This document shows positions 15,859 through 24,000 of a stretch of DNA of 24,000 bases, piece after piece (position 1 is the stretch's first letter; each line of letters opens with the position of its first letter). The position numbers and the translations under genes were made by a program. The notes below the pieces were generated by a model. That model did not search any database. It saw only the letters and a program-made list of their open reading frames with translations, and was not told the DNA's origin. The DNA is from Rhodospirillales bacterium. GTDB taxonomy: Bacteria > Pseudomonadota > Alphaproteobacteria > Rhodospirillales > Shumkoniaceae. The DNA lies in contig JADHSV010000024.1 in NCBI GenBank assembly GCA_016776725.1, positions 28,080 to 52,079 on the forward strand. Reading direction: 5' to 3'.

Positions 15859-16578
15859 ATGGAACGATATCCTGTTCGACGACAACCGGAACACTGGTTT
15901 AAAAGCGATATGGTTAGCATCGGCGCAAAATCGCGGGCAGCCCTGCCCGAACAGGTGGCCAACCATCTGCGGGACATGATTGTCGAAAATCAGATCGCGC
16001 CGGGCGAACGCATCCGCGAACGGGCCATCGCCGCCGAACTTAACGTGTCACGAACGCCCCTGCGCGACGCCCTCAAGGCGTTGGCCGCGGAAGGGCTGGT
16101 CGAGTTGCTGCCCAACCGCGGCGCTGTCGTCGCCAACCCCGGCGCCGAAGATGTGCGTGAAATGCTCGAGGTCCAGGGCGTTCTTGAAGAGCACGCGGGG
16201 CACCTGTTTTGCGCCAACGCCACCGACGGTGACATCGGCGAAATCCACGCCCTGCATTTCGAGATGCTGGCCGCGTTCGAGCGGCGCGAACGGCTGACCT
16301 ATTTCAAGCTCAACCAGACCATTCACCGAAAAATCATCGAGATCGCGGGCAACAAGGCGCTGGACGGTGTTCACCGGATGCTCAGTGCGCGGCTGTTTCG
16401 CTTCCGCTATCAGCCCAACCTGAAGGTCGAGGCGTGGCAAAGCGCCATCGAGGAACACGAAATCATTCTTGCCGCCCTGGTTGAACGCAACGGCCTCGCG
16501 CTGGGCACCGCGCTGCGCGTCCACCTGAAAACCACCTGGGAAAAACTCAGCAAGGTCATGGCCGAGGAAGAAGGATAG
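15859..16578 (+). CDS. GntR-family transcriptional regulator with FCD (FadR-like C-terminal) domain
   Basis: The winged-HTH segment ERAIAAELNVSRTPLRDALKALAAEGLVELLPNRGAVV is canonical GntR. The helical C-terminal domain is FCD-like. Start ambiguous (ATG 15859 or ATG 15910). Confidence 0.85.
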   Translation: MERYPVRRQPEHWFKSDMVSIGAKSRAALPEQVANHLRDMIVENQIAPGERIRERAIAAELNVSRTPLRDALKALAAEGLVELLPNRGAVVANPGAEDVREMLEVQGVLEEHAGHLFCANATDGDIGEIHALHFEMLAAFERRERLTYFKLNQTIHRKIIEIAGNKALDGVHRMLSARLFRFRYQPNLKVEAWQSAIEEHEIILAALVERNGLALGTALRVHLKTTWEKLSKVMAEEEG

Positions 16579-16675
16579 GGACCTTCCGGCTCAAATCTCC
16601 ACCATCCCACCGTTGATAGGCCCGATTTTTCGCTCCGCTTCAGGCGCCATATCAAACCCTTCTGAGATATTACAT

Positions 16676-17038
16676 CTAACCGCCAACCTGTTCGTGGTCG
16701 GTATCGAGCGCGGTGGGGAACTCTGCTGCGATCTGCTTTTCGGCTTGTTCTTCGGCGCGGGAGAGTTCTTCGACAAGGCGAGACTCGTCGATTTCGCCCG
16801 CGCGTTTGCACAGGCGCAAGATGAATTGCTCGTCATTGGGAGCTTCCAGACCAATCATTACCGCCTCTTTGGCGAATTCGGCGGCTTCGGCGTCGCTTAG
16901 TCCCATCTGCGCCGCTGCCCACAGCCCCAGCAGCTTGTTGCGGCGGGCGCGCAGTTTGAATTGGCGCTCTTCGTCCATTTTGTATTTGGCTTCCTGGCTT
17001 TTTTTTCGGTCGTCGAACGCGTTGTCGTTGCCGGTCAT
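16676..17038 (-). CDS. DUF1476 protein (alphaproteobacterial F1-ATPase inhibitor zeta-subunit family)
   Basis: From ATG 17038: AFDDRKKSQEAKYKMDEERQFKLRARRNKLLGLWAA parallels the Paracoccus zeta subunit N-terminus (FDDRERAHEAKFAHDAELNFKAEARRNRLLGEWAA). 120 aa. The longer ORF-track start overlaps the divergent gene. Confidence 0.75.
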   Translation of the reverse strand: MTGNDNAFDDRKKSQEAKYKMDEERQFKLRARRNKLLGLWAAAQMGLSDAEAAEFAKEAVMIGLEAPNDEQFILRLCKRAGEIDESRLVEELSRAEEQAEKQIAAEFPTALDTDHEQVGG

Positions 17039-17068
17039 CGTCAAGCGCCCCTTGTCTTTTTCGAGACC

Positions 17069-17080
17069 AATTGTATACCA
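17069..17080. promoter_or_regulatory. Third copy of the TGGTATACAATT motif (minus-strand reading)
   Basis: The reverse complement of 17069-17080 is TGGTATACAATT, identical over 12 nt to 15827-15838. It lies in the 48-bp divergent gap between the DUF1476 and NRDE genes. Confidence 0.4.
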
Positions 17081-17086
17081 AGGATC

Positions 17087-17857
17087 ATGTGTACGCTCGT
17101 CATTATGCGCCGCCCTGGTCACGCATGGCCCCTGATTATTGCCGCCAACCGCGACGAAATGGTTGGTCGGCCATGGTTGCCGCCCGCACGGCACTGGCCG
17201 GACCGCGCTGAAGTGGTGGCCGGGCTAGACGAAACGGCGGGTGGAACGTGGCTGGGCGTTAATGACTTCGGGGTCGTGGCTGCGGTCCTGAACCGCCGCA
17301 ATTCATTGGGGCCGCGCGACGGGCTTCGCAGCCGGGGCGAGTTGCCGCTGGAGGCGCTGGATCACGAGGATGCGGCCAGCGCAGCGCAGGCGCTGGCCCA
17401 TATTTCGCCGTCCGCGTACCGATCGTTCAACCTGGTGATCGCGGATGCCGGGCGTGCATACTTGTTGTGTTTGCGTTTCGGGGGCGATGCCCGGGGGAAA
17501 CTTCCACCCGTCGAAGTTCAGGAAATTCCGGCGGGGGTTTCGATGGTTACGGCGTCCGATTTGAACGATGTTTCATCGCCGAGAATTCGCGCCTTTCTTC
17601 CGCGCTTCCAGGCCGCTGCCCCGCCCGATCCGGCGTCCGGCGACTGGGCGGAATGGAAGGCGCTTTTGGCAAGCCGGGTGCGCGATGCCGAAAGCCCGCC
17701 CGAAGCGGCCATGAACATCGTGACGCCAACGGGTTTCGGCACGGTTTGTTCCTCGTTGATCGGGCTTGCGGCGGCGGATTCAGAGCCATCGGGGCTGGTA
17801 TGGGAATTTGCGTCCGGGCGCCCCGACGAAAACGAATTCGAGATGATCGAATTTTGA
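17087..17857 (+). CDS. NRDE-family protein (DUF833 / TANGO2-like)
   Basis: MCTLVIMRRPGHAWPLIIAANRDE has the Met-Cys N-terminus and the eponymous NRDE motif. 256 aa from ATG 17087. Confidence 0.8.
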   Translation: MCTLVIMRRPGHAWPLIIAANRDEMVGRPWLPPARHWPDRAEVVAGLDETAGGTWLGVNDFGVVAAVLNRRNSLGPRDGLRSRGELPLEALDHEDAASAAQALAHISPSAYRSFNLVIADAGRAYLLCLRFGGDARGKLPPVEVQEIPAGVSMVTASDLNDVSSPRIRAFLPRFQAAAPPDPASGDWAEWKALLASRVRDAESPPEAAMNIVTPTGFGTVCSSLIGLAAADSEPSGLVWEFASGRPDENEFEMIEF

Positions 17858-17922
17858 AGGTGTTTTGCGGGCGCGCACCTGCTATACGAAGCGCGATCCA
17901 GACTTAAAAAATCGAGCGCCGA

Positions 17923-18687
17923 ATGGCAAGACGCAGGCAAATCTACGAAGGCCGCGCCAAGATCCTTTTTGAAGGACCGGAGGCAGGCACAATCGTTCAG
18001 CATTTCAAGGACGACGCGACCGCGTTCAACGCCAGCAAACAGGGCGTGATCACGGGCAAGGGCGTGCTGAACAACCGCATATCGGAATACCTGATGTTGC
18101 GGCTGCACGAAATCGGCGTTCCGACCCATTTCATTCGCCGTCTTAACATGCGCGAGCAATTGGTGCGCGAGGTCGAGATGATCCCCGTCGAGGTGGTCGT
18201 GCGCAACATCGCCGCCGGAACCCTGTCGGAACGCTTCGCCATTCCCGAGGGAACGCCGTTACCGCGCACAATTCTTGAATATTGTTTCAAGTCCGACGAA
18301 CTGGCCGATCCGTTCGTCAGCGAAGAACACATCACCGCGTTCGAGTGGGCCTCGCCCCAGGACATGGACGACATGGTTTCCATGACCCTGCGGGTTAACG
18401 ATTTTCTTACCGGCCTGTTTTTGGGCATTGGCATTCGGCTGGTTGATTTCAGGCTTGAGTTTGGCCGTCTTTGGGACGCCGACCAAATGCGCATTGTCGT
18501 CGCCGACGAAATCAGCCCCGACAGTTGCCGCCTGTGGGATGCGAAAACCAACGAGAAGATGGATAAGGACAGGTTCCGCCGCGATCTCGGCAACGTGGAG
18601 GATGCCTATCAGGAAGTCGCCAGACGGCTTGGAATATTACCCGAAAGCGGCCCGCGCGATATGCAGGGCCCAAAAGTCATGCAATGA
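17923..18687 (+). CDS. purC: Phosphoribosylaminoimidazole-succinocarboxamide (SAICAR) synthase
   Basis: 254 aa. [19 protein letters not shown] and IPVEVVVRN are typical PurC motifs. Confidence 0.95.
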   Translation: MARRRQIYEGRAKILFEGPEAGTIVQHFKDDATAFNASKQGVITGKGVLNNRISEYLMLRLHEIGVPTHFIRRLNMREQLVREVEMIPVEVVVRNIAAGTLSERFAIPEGTPLPRTILEYCFKSDELADPFVSEEHITAFEWASPQDMDDMVSMTLRVNDFLTGLFLGIGIRLVDFRLEFGRLWDADQMRIVVADEISPDSCRLWDAKTNEKMDKDRFRRDLGNVEDAYQEVARRLGILPESGPRDMQGPKVMQ

Positions 18688-18712
18688 AGGTCATGCAGTA
18701 AGGAAAAGTACC

Positions 18713-18955
18713 GTGAAAGCGAAAATACATGTGACGTTTAAGGAAGGTGTGCTCGACCCGCAAGGCAAGGCGGTGCGCAATGCTCTTGGTTCTCTGGGCT
18801 TCGACGGCATCGACCGGGTCCGCCAGGGCAAATTCATCGAGATTGACCTGCAGGAAAACGACGCCGAAAAGGCGCGTTCCAGCGTCAAGGAAATGTGCGA
18901 GCAGTTGCTGGCCAATACGGTCATCGAAAATTACGCCATCGATATCATCGAGTAA
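18713..18955 (+). CDS. purS: Phosphoribosylformylglycinamidine synthase subunit PurS
   Basis: GTG 18713 is preceded by AAGGAAAAG. VKAKIHVTFKEGVLDPQGKAV is the canonical PurS N-terminus. 80 aa. Confidence 0.9.
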   Translation: MKAKIHVTFKEGVLDPQGKAVRNALGSLGFDGIDRVRQGKFIEIDLQENDAEKARSSVKEMCEQLLANTVIENYAIDIIE

Positions 18956-19027
18956 TTTTCGGGTGCGCCGCTGCGTTTGTTCCGCGCCAGCCAAATCCCA
19001 ACCCATCGATCGACGAGGGCAACACCC

Positions 19028-19720
19028 ATGAAAGCCGCTGTCATCGTTTTTCCCGGCTCAAACTGTGATCGCGACGTGCAGGTCTCGATTGAGCAAAGCA
19101 CGGGAAAACCATGCGCCATGATATGGCATAAAGAAACCGAACTTCCCGAATTGGATCTGATCGTCATTCCCGGCGGTTTTTCCTATGGCGACTATTTGCG
19201 TTCCGGCGCCATTGCCGCCCACTCGCCGATTATGCGCGAGGTCAAGGCGCGCACCGATAGCGGCGTTGCGGTTCTGGGCATCTGCAATGGTTTTCACGTT
19301 CTGACGGAAACCCAGCTTTTGCCGGGAATTCTCATGCGCAACGCGGGACTGAAGTTTATTTGCCGCGATGTCGATTTGCGGGTGGAAACCACCAGTTCGG
19401 TGTTCACGCAAAATTACGCGAAGGATCAGGTGATCCGCATTCCCATCGCGCACAACGACGGCAACTATTTCACCGATCCCGACACCCTGAAAATGCTTGA
19501 GGACGAGGACCGGGTTGCCTTCAGGTACTGCGATGCGCAAGGCGGCATCAACGAAGCCGGAAACCCCAACGGTTCCATGTCCAGCATCGCGGGAATCCTT
19601 AACCGGCGACGCAACATTCTGGGCATGATGCCGCACCCCGAGCGGCTGGCGGATCAACTCTTGGGCGGCATCGATGGCCGACCCATGTTCGACGGCCTGG
19701 TGGAGGCCTTGGTGGCATGA
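19028..19720 (+). CDS. purQ: Phosphoribosylformylglycinamidine synthase glutaminase subunit PurQ
   Basis: [16 protein letters not shown], nucleophile context LGICNGF and the MPHPER triad region. 230 aa. Confidence 0.95.
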   Translation: MKAAVIVFPGSNCDRDVQVSIEQSTGKPCAMIWHKETELPELDLIVIPGGFSYGDYLRSGAIAAHSPIMREVKARTDSGVAVLGICNGFHVLTETQLLPGILMRNAGLKFICRDVDLRVETTSSVFTQNYAKDQVIRIPIAHNDGNYFTDPDTLKMLEDEDRVAFRYCDAQGGINEAGNPNGSMSSIAGILNRRRNILGMMPHPERLADQLLGGIDGRPMFDGLVEALVA

Positions 19721-21906
19721 GTAAAATCACTCCGGAAATCGTAAAAGAACACGGCCTGACCGAGGACGAGTACGACAAGGTTCTCGAAATCATGGGGCGC
19801 GAACCGAACATTACCGAGCTTGGCATTTTCTCGGTCATGTGGAGCGAGCACTGTTCTTACAAATCGTCCAAGAAATGGCTTAAAACCCTGCATACGGAAG
19901 AGCCCTGGGTGATTTGCGGGCCGGGCGAAAACGCGGGCATCGTCGATATCGGTGACGGCCAGGCGGCCATTTTCAAGATGGAAAGCCACAACCACCCATC
20001 CTTCATCGAGCCCTTCCAGGGTGCGGCGACGGGCGTGGGCGGCATTATGCGCGACATCTTCACCATGGGCGCACGGCCCGTGGCCAACATGAACGCGCTG
20101 CGCTTTGGCCGCCCGGACCATCCCAAGACCAAGCATCTGGTCAACGGCGTGGTCGCCGGGATCGGCAGTTATGGCAATTGCATGGGCGTGCCCACGGTGG
20201 GCGGCGAATGCGAGTTCGACACCAGCTACGACGGCAACATTCTGGTTAACGCCATGACCGTCGGCGTCGCCGATACCGAAAAGATTTTTTACTCTGCGGC
20301 GGCGGGTGAAGGCTATCCGCTGGTTTACGTCGGCTCGCGCACGGGCCGCGACGGCATTCACGGCGCGACCATGGCGTCGGCCGAGTTCGATGACGACACC
20401 GACGAAAAACGCCCCACGGTACAGGTGGGCGATCCGTTCACGGAAAAGCTGGTGCTGGAAGCCTGTCTGGAACTGATGGCGACCGACGCCATTATTGGTA
20501 TTCAGGACATGGGGGCCGCCGGGCTGACGTGTTCGACCTTCGAGATGGCATCCAAGGGCGGCGTTGGCGTGGAAATGGATCTTGATCTGGTTCCCAAGCG
20601 CGCCGCGGACATGACGGCTTACGAGCTGATGCTGTCGGAAAGTCAGGAACGCATGGTCATGGTTCTGAAACCGGGCCGCGAAGAAGAGGCCCGCAAGATT
20701 TTCGAGAAGTGGGAGCTGAATTTCGCGGTTGTCGGCCGTTTGACCGACACCGGTCGTCTGGTTCTGAAAATGGGTGGCGAGATCGTCGGCGATCTTCCCA
20801 TCGATCCGCTGGCCGAAGCTTCGCCAGAATACGACCGCCCGTGGGTAGCTACGAGCAAGCCTGCGATCCTTGATGCCGCCGACGTGCCCGCGCCCAACGA
20901 TCCGTGCGCGGCGCTTAAACGCATGATCGGTTCGCCCAACTTCGCGCAAAAGCGCTGGATCTGGGATCAGTATGATCACATGGTCATGGGCGACACGGTG
21001 CAACGTCCGGGCGGCGACTCGGCTGTTGTGCGGGTCCATGGCACGCCCAAGGGCCTTGCCATCACCACCGACTGCACGCCGCGCTATTGCTATGCCGATC
21101 CGTTCGAGGGCGGCAAGCAGGTCGTTGCCGAAGCCTGGCGCAATATCACAGCCGTCGGTGCCAAGCCCTTGGCCATTACCGATTGCCTGAATTTCGGCAA
21201 CCCCGAGCGGCCCGAAATCATGGGTCAGTTCGTGGGCTGCATCGAAGGCATGGGCGAGGCCTGCAGGACTTTGGAGTTCCCGGTCGTTTCGGGCAATGTC
21301 TCGTTCTACAACGAGACCCGCGGCGAAGGCATTCGCCCGACCCCGACCATCGGCGGCATCGGCGTCCTGACCGATGTGGCCAAGGCCGTGAGCTGCGCGT
21401 TTAGTGCTGCGGACGAAGACATCGTGCTGATCGGCGAAACCAACGGGCATCTGGGCCGTTCGGCATACCTGGCCGAAATCGAGGGCCGCGATGAAGGCGC
21501 GCCGCCGCCGGTCGATCTGGCCATCGAGAGGCGTAATGGTGACGCCGTGCGCGGCATGATCGACGATGGGCTGGTTTCCGCCTGCCACGATCTTTCGGAT
21601 GGCGGCGTATTTGTCGCCCTGGCCGAAATGGCCATGGCCGGCGATATGGGCGCGGCCATTGATGCGCCCGACACCGGTATCGCCCTTCACGCATGGCTGT
21701 TTGGCGAAGATCAGGCGCGTTATCTGGTCACCTCGCGCGATGCCAAAACCGTTCTTGCCAAAGCTGCCGAGGCCGGTGTTCCGGCGAGCATTATCGGCCG
21801 TACGGGAAGTGATCGGTTGACGGTGGGCCAATCGCTCTCCATATCGGTAAGCGAGCTTAAGAGCGCACACGAAGACTGGATGCCGAACTTTATGTCGGCG
21901 CCGTAG
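19717..21906 (+). CDS. purL: Phosphoribosylformylglycinamidine synthase subunit PurL (small PurL)
   Basis: 729 aa. [18 protein letters not shown] and ESHNHPS motifs. ATGA overlap with purQ. Confidence 0.95.
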   Translation: MSKITPEIVKEHGLTEDEYDKVLEIMGREPNITELGIFSVMWSEHCSYKSSKKWLKTLHTEEPWVICGPGENAGIVDIGDGQAAIFKMESHNHPSFIEPFQGAATGVGGIMRDIFTMGARPVANMNALRFGRPDHPKTKHLVNGVVAGIGSYGNCMGVPTVGGECEFDTSYDGNILVNAMTVGVADTEKIFYSAAAGEGYPLVYVGSRTGRDGIHGATMASAEFDDDTDEKRPTVQVGDPFTEKLVLEACLELMATDAIIGIQDMGAAGLTCSTFEMASKGGVGVEMDLDLVPKRAADMTAYELMLSESQERMVMVLKPGREEEARKIFEKWELNFAVVGRLTDTGRLVLKMGGEIVGDLPIDPLAEASPEYDRPWVATSKPAILDAADVPAPNDPCAALKRMIGSPNFAQKRWIWDQYDHMVMGDTVQRPGGDSAVVRVHGTPKGLAITTDCTPRYCYADPFEGGKQVVAEAWRNITAVGAKPLAITDCLNFGNPERPEIMGQFVGCIEGMGEACRTLEFPVVSGNVSFYNETRGEGIRPTPTIGGIGVLTDVAKAVSCAFSAADEDIVLIGETNGHLGRSAYLAEIEGRDEGAPPPVDLAIERRNGDAVRGMIDDGLVSACHDLSDGGVFVALAEMAMAGDMGAAIDAPDTGIALHAWLFGEDQARYLVTSRDAKTVLAKAAEAGVPASIIGRTGSDRLTVGQSLSISVSELKSAHEDWMPNFMSAP

Positions 21907-21921
21907 GAAGGGAAAAACGCC

Positions 21922-22155
21922 ATGGCCATGGACGCCAGTGAAATTGAAAGCCTGATCAAGGCTTCCATTCCCGATGCGGACGTGACCATCGAAGACCTGG
22001 CGGGGGACGGCGATCATTATGCCGCCCGCGTGGTCTCGGCGTCCTTCAAGGGTCAGACGCGCGTTCGGCAACACCAGATGGTTTTTGCGGCGCTGCGGGG
22101 ACGCATGGGCGAACAGCTTCACGCGCTTTCTTTGCAAACCGATGTGCCGGCCTAA
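21922..22155 (+). CDS. BolA-family protein
   Basis: 77 aa. GDGDHYAARVVSASFKG....RHQMV is the BolA pattern. Conserved pairing with the downstream monothiol glutaredoxin. Confidence 0.85.
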   Translation: MAMDASEIESLIKASIPDADVTIEDLAGDGDHYAARVVSASFKGQTRVRQHQMVFAALRGRMGEQLHALSLQTDVPA

Positions 22156-22187
22156 AACCTGAAAACCAAAACCCGGAGAGACCATCA

Positions 22188-22523
22188 ATGAACGACACCG
22201 CCGTAGCCAAGCGCATCAAGCAGGAAATCGAGGAAAACCCCGTGACGGTCTTCATGAAGGGAACGCCGATGTTTCCGCAGTGCGGATTTTCCGCCGCCGT
22301 CGTTCAGGCGCTGTCGCTTCTGGGCGCCAAGTTCAAGGGCATAGACGTTCTGACCGATCCGCCCTTGCGCGAAGGCATCAAGGAATTCAGCAACTGGCCG
22401 ACCATCCCGCAGGTATATGTCAAAGGTGAATTCGTGGGCGGCGCCGATATCGTGCGCGAAATGTACGAAACCGGCGAACTGGCCACCTTCCTGAAAGACA
22501 AGGAAATCGAAATCGCCGATTGA
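22188..22523 (+). CDS. grxD: Monothiol (CGFS) glutaredoxin, Grx4 family
   Basis: 111 aa. VFMKGTPMFPQCGFS active site and WPTIPQVYVKGEFVGG. Confidence 0.95.
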   Translation: MNDTAVAKRIKQEIEENPVTVFMKGTPMFPQCGFSAAVVQALSLLGAKFKGIDVLTDPPLREGIKEFSNWPTIPQVYVKGEFVGGADIVREMYETGELATFLKDKEIEIAD

Positions 22524-22562
22524 TCGGGTCTGTTGACCCGTCACGCGAGACCGAATTTGAAG

Positions 22563-22590
22563 GGCCGCCTCATAGGGGCGGCCTTTTCTG
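22563..22590 (+). terminator. Rho-independent terminator after grxD
   Basis: Stem GGCCGCC (22563-22569) / GGCGGCC (22577-22583), 7-nt loop, followed by TTTTCTGTT. Confidence 0.75.
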
Positions 22591-22745
22591 TTCCATCTTT
22601 TCGTTATAGAATCGGGGCATGTTCTTTTTGGACCGGCATGAAGCATCCCTCGGCCCCAAATACCTTTTTCTGGGGACAATCTCGTTCGTCATGCTTGTGG
22701 TCTGGGGGATGATGTATCTCCAGCCGGGCTCGACTCTGGAGTGGT

Positions 22746-23306
22746 TTGAGCCAATCCTTCTGGGGGGGGGACGTCCTTCGCAAAGGTTTGGTGTTTTTCT
22801 GTCTGGCCGTTTATGCGGTGAGGGTCACGCTGACACTTCTGGTCTTTTTGAAAAGAAAGTTCGTCTGGGCGGAAGCGGCCTTCGTCAGCCTGTTCATGGC
22901 CTTTGTATTGCTGGCATTCGCCTGGGGCGGAGGGGGTAATTCGCAACCGGTGGGGCCGTTAGAAGGCGCAGCCCTGGGTCTGTATTTCTATGGCTCTTAT
23001 CTAAACACATGGTCGGAATACCAACGCCGCCGTTTCAAGTCCAATGCCGCCAATGAAGGACGCCTATTCACACAAGGGCTGTTCAGATTGTCCCGAAATA
23101 TCAATTACTTCGGGGACGTAGTTCTTTTTTCCGGACTGGCGCTGGTTACAGGCGTGTGGGCCATGCTTGCCATCCCCTTGCTGATGGCGCTCAACTTCGT
23201 GTTCTTCATCATTCCCCAAAAGGAAACGTACCTAAGCCAAAAGTACGGCGCGCCGTTCGACGATTACGCCCGCCACACCAAAACGCTCATTCCATTCGTT
23301 TACTAG
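22746..23306 (+). CDS. DUF1295 / isoprenylcysteine-carboxyl-methyltransferase-like membrane protein (possibly the 3' part of a frameshifted gene starting at 22619)
   Basis: 186-aa ORF from TTG 22746 with several TM segments. LFRLSRNINYFGDVVLFSGLAL resembles the R-x-P/N-NYFGE motif of the DUF1295/ICMT/PEMT superfamily. An upstream ORF (22619-22939, frame 2) encodes another TM helix and meets this frame at a G9 run. Confidence 0.65.
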   Translation: MSQSFWGGDVLRKGLVFFCLAVYAVRVTLTLLVFLKRKFVWAEAAFVSLFMAFVLLAFAWGGGGNSQPVGPLEGAALGLYFYGSYLNTWSEYQRRRFKSNAANEGRLFTQGLFRLSRNINYFGDVVLFSGLALVTGVWAMLAIPLLMALNFVFFIIPQKETYLSQKYGAPFDDYARHTKTLIPFVY

Positions 23307-23328
23307 ACCGTTCGCATATCAAAAAGCG

Positions 23329-23358
23329 AAAGGGCCGCCCTGTAAGGAGCGGCCCTTT
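23329..23358. terminator. Bidirectional terminator hairpin between the DUF1295-like gene and rpsD
   Basis: 10-bp stem AAAGGGCCGC (23329-23338) / GCGGCCCTTT (23349-23358). On the minus strand it is followed by CGCTTTTTG, on the plus strand by GCGTATTCG. Confidence 0.7.
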
Positions 23359-23385
23359 GCGTATTCGATTGTGCGGAACCGGCAT

Positions 23386-24000
23386 TTAGCGTGAGTAATA
23401 CTCGACCACCAGGTTGGGCTCCATCTGGATCGGGTAGGGAACGTCGGCCAGCTTCGGCGTACGCACGAAGGTACCCTTCATCTTTTTGTAATCCACGTCG
23501 ATGTAATCGGGCAGGTCGCGCTCGGGCAATTCGACCGCTTCCAGAACGATGCCCAGATCACGCGATTTGGCGCGGATCTCGACCACGTCGCCTTCGCGAA
23601 CCTGATAGGACGGGATGTTGACGCGCTTGCCGTTGACCATGATGTGGCCGTGGCTGACGAACTGGCGCGAGGCAAACACCGTGGGGACGAATTTCATGCG
23701 GTAAACCACGGCGTCGAGGCGATGCTCGAGAATGCCGATGAGGTTTTCCGAGGTGTCGCCGCGGCGGCGAGAGGCTTCGGCATAGTAGCGGCGGAACTGA
23801 CGCTCGCTGATGTTGCCGTAGTAGCCCTTCAGCTTCTGCTTGGCGGCAAGCTGCAGGCCAAAGTCGGAAGGCTTGCGGCTGCGGCGCTGGCCGTGTTCGC
23901 CGGGGCGGTAATCGCGGTTGTTAAGGGGGCTTTTGGGGCGACCCCAAAGATTAACGCCATAACGGCGGTTAATCTTGTACTTCGCTTGAAGGCGTTTGGT
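23386..24000 (-). CDS. rpsD: 30S ribosomal protein S4, start codon just beyond the window edge
   Basis: The minus-strand frame is open to base 24000 and reads [25 protein letters not shown]....[18 protein letters not shown]...VVEYYSR. That is the S4 N-terminus minus its Met, and the S4 RNA-binding domain. Stop at 23386-23388. Confidence 0.95.
   Translation of the reverse strand, partial: TKRLQAKYKINRRYGVNLWGRPKSPLNNRDYRPGEHGQRRSRKPSDFGLQLAAKQKLKGYYGNISERQFRRYYAEASRRRGDTSENLIGILEHRLDAVVYRMKFVPTVFASRQFVSHGHIMVNGKRVNIPSYQVREGDVVEIRAKSRDLGIVLEAVELPERDLPDYIDVDYKKMKGTFVRTPKLADVPYPIQMEPNLVVEYYSR

Noticed and set aside
19654-22188. 844-aa minus-strand ORF antisense to purL, plus similar long antisense or off-frame ORFs (858-1934 -, 5806-6948 -, 7821-9413 -, 12507-13610 +, 12916-13998 -, 14578-15855 +)
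   Set aside because: Each lies opposite or out of frame to a gene with unmistakable family motifs. Their translations are Arg/Gly/Ala/Pro/His-rich low-complexity strings typical of stop-codon-poor non-coding frames in high-GC DNA, and none has recognisable motifs.
22619-22939. 106-aa ORF as an independent gene
   Set aside because: Only its first 50 or so residues look protein-like (a TM helix). After the G9 run it becomes Arg/Gly-rich and overlaps the conserved DUF1295 frame. It is treated as the N-terminal part of a frameshifted or mis-sequenced gene (see finding).
1-24000. Search for defence islands, toxin-antitoxin pairs, mobile elements, CRISPR arrays, and tRNA or rRNA genes
   Set aside because: No transposase, integrase, recombinase or nuclease-like ORFs were found. 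There are no direct-repeat/spacer arrays, no terminal inverted repeats with target duplications, and no tRNA-like cloverleaf candidates outside coding sequence. The window is a core-genome region.

Overview
High-GC (alphaproteobacterial-looking) chromosomal window made up mostly of core housekeeping genes. I found no transposase, integrase, CRISPR array, tRNA/rRNA or recognisable defence or toxin system, so I do not claim a new multi-gene system. Left to right: a 5'-truncated class-III aminotransferase and a DsbA-like HCCA isomerase; a Crp-type regulator divergent from a membrane GT2 glycosyltransferase; a cytosolic-type gamma-glutamyltransferase divergent from a ChaN-PDZ exported protein; a secreted hypothetical; purA; a small hypothetical; a class-IV (D-amino-acid) aminotransferase. 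A minus-strand operon follows (dctP-dctQ-dctM, a PdxA-family dehydrogenase, a 3-hydroxyisobutyrate-dehydrogenase-family reductase) with a divergent GntR/FCD regulator. Then come a DUF1476 (F1-ATPase zeta inhibitor family) gene divergent from an NRDE/TANGO2-like gene, purC-purS-purQ-purL-bolA-grxD, a DUF1295/ICMT-like membrane protein, and rpsD truncated at the right edge. The interesting signals are non-coding or structural. (1) An AT-rich gap downstream of the crp-like gene holds a perfect TGTGA-N6-TCACA box between two minus-strand intrinsic terminators, with sRNA-like architecture. (2) A 412-bp convergent intergenic region has a perfect 19-bp inverted repeat flanked by a C-rich tract and a G-rich tract. 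(3) The 12-mer TGGTATAC(A/C)ATT occurs three times, always in promoter regions, and looks like the GntR operator. (4) The TRAP/PdxA-like/HIBADH-like operon lacks the kinase that normally accompanies PdxA2-type enzymes. (5) A G9 homopolymer sits exactly where two overlapping ORFs of the DUF1295 gene would fuse. All calls come from reading the sequence and ORF translations by eye; no database search was possible.
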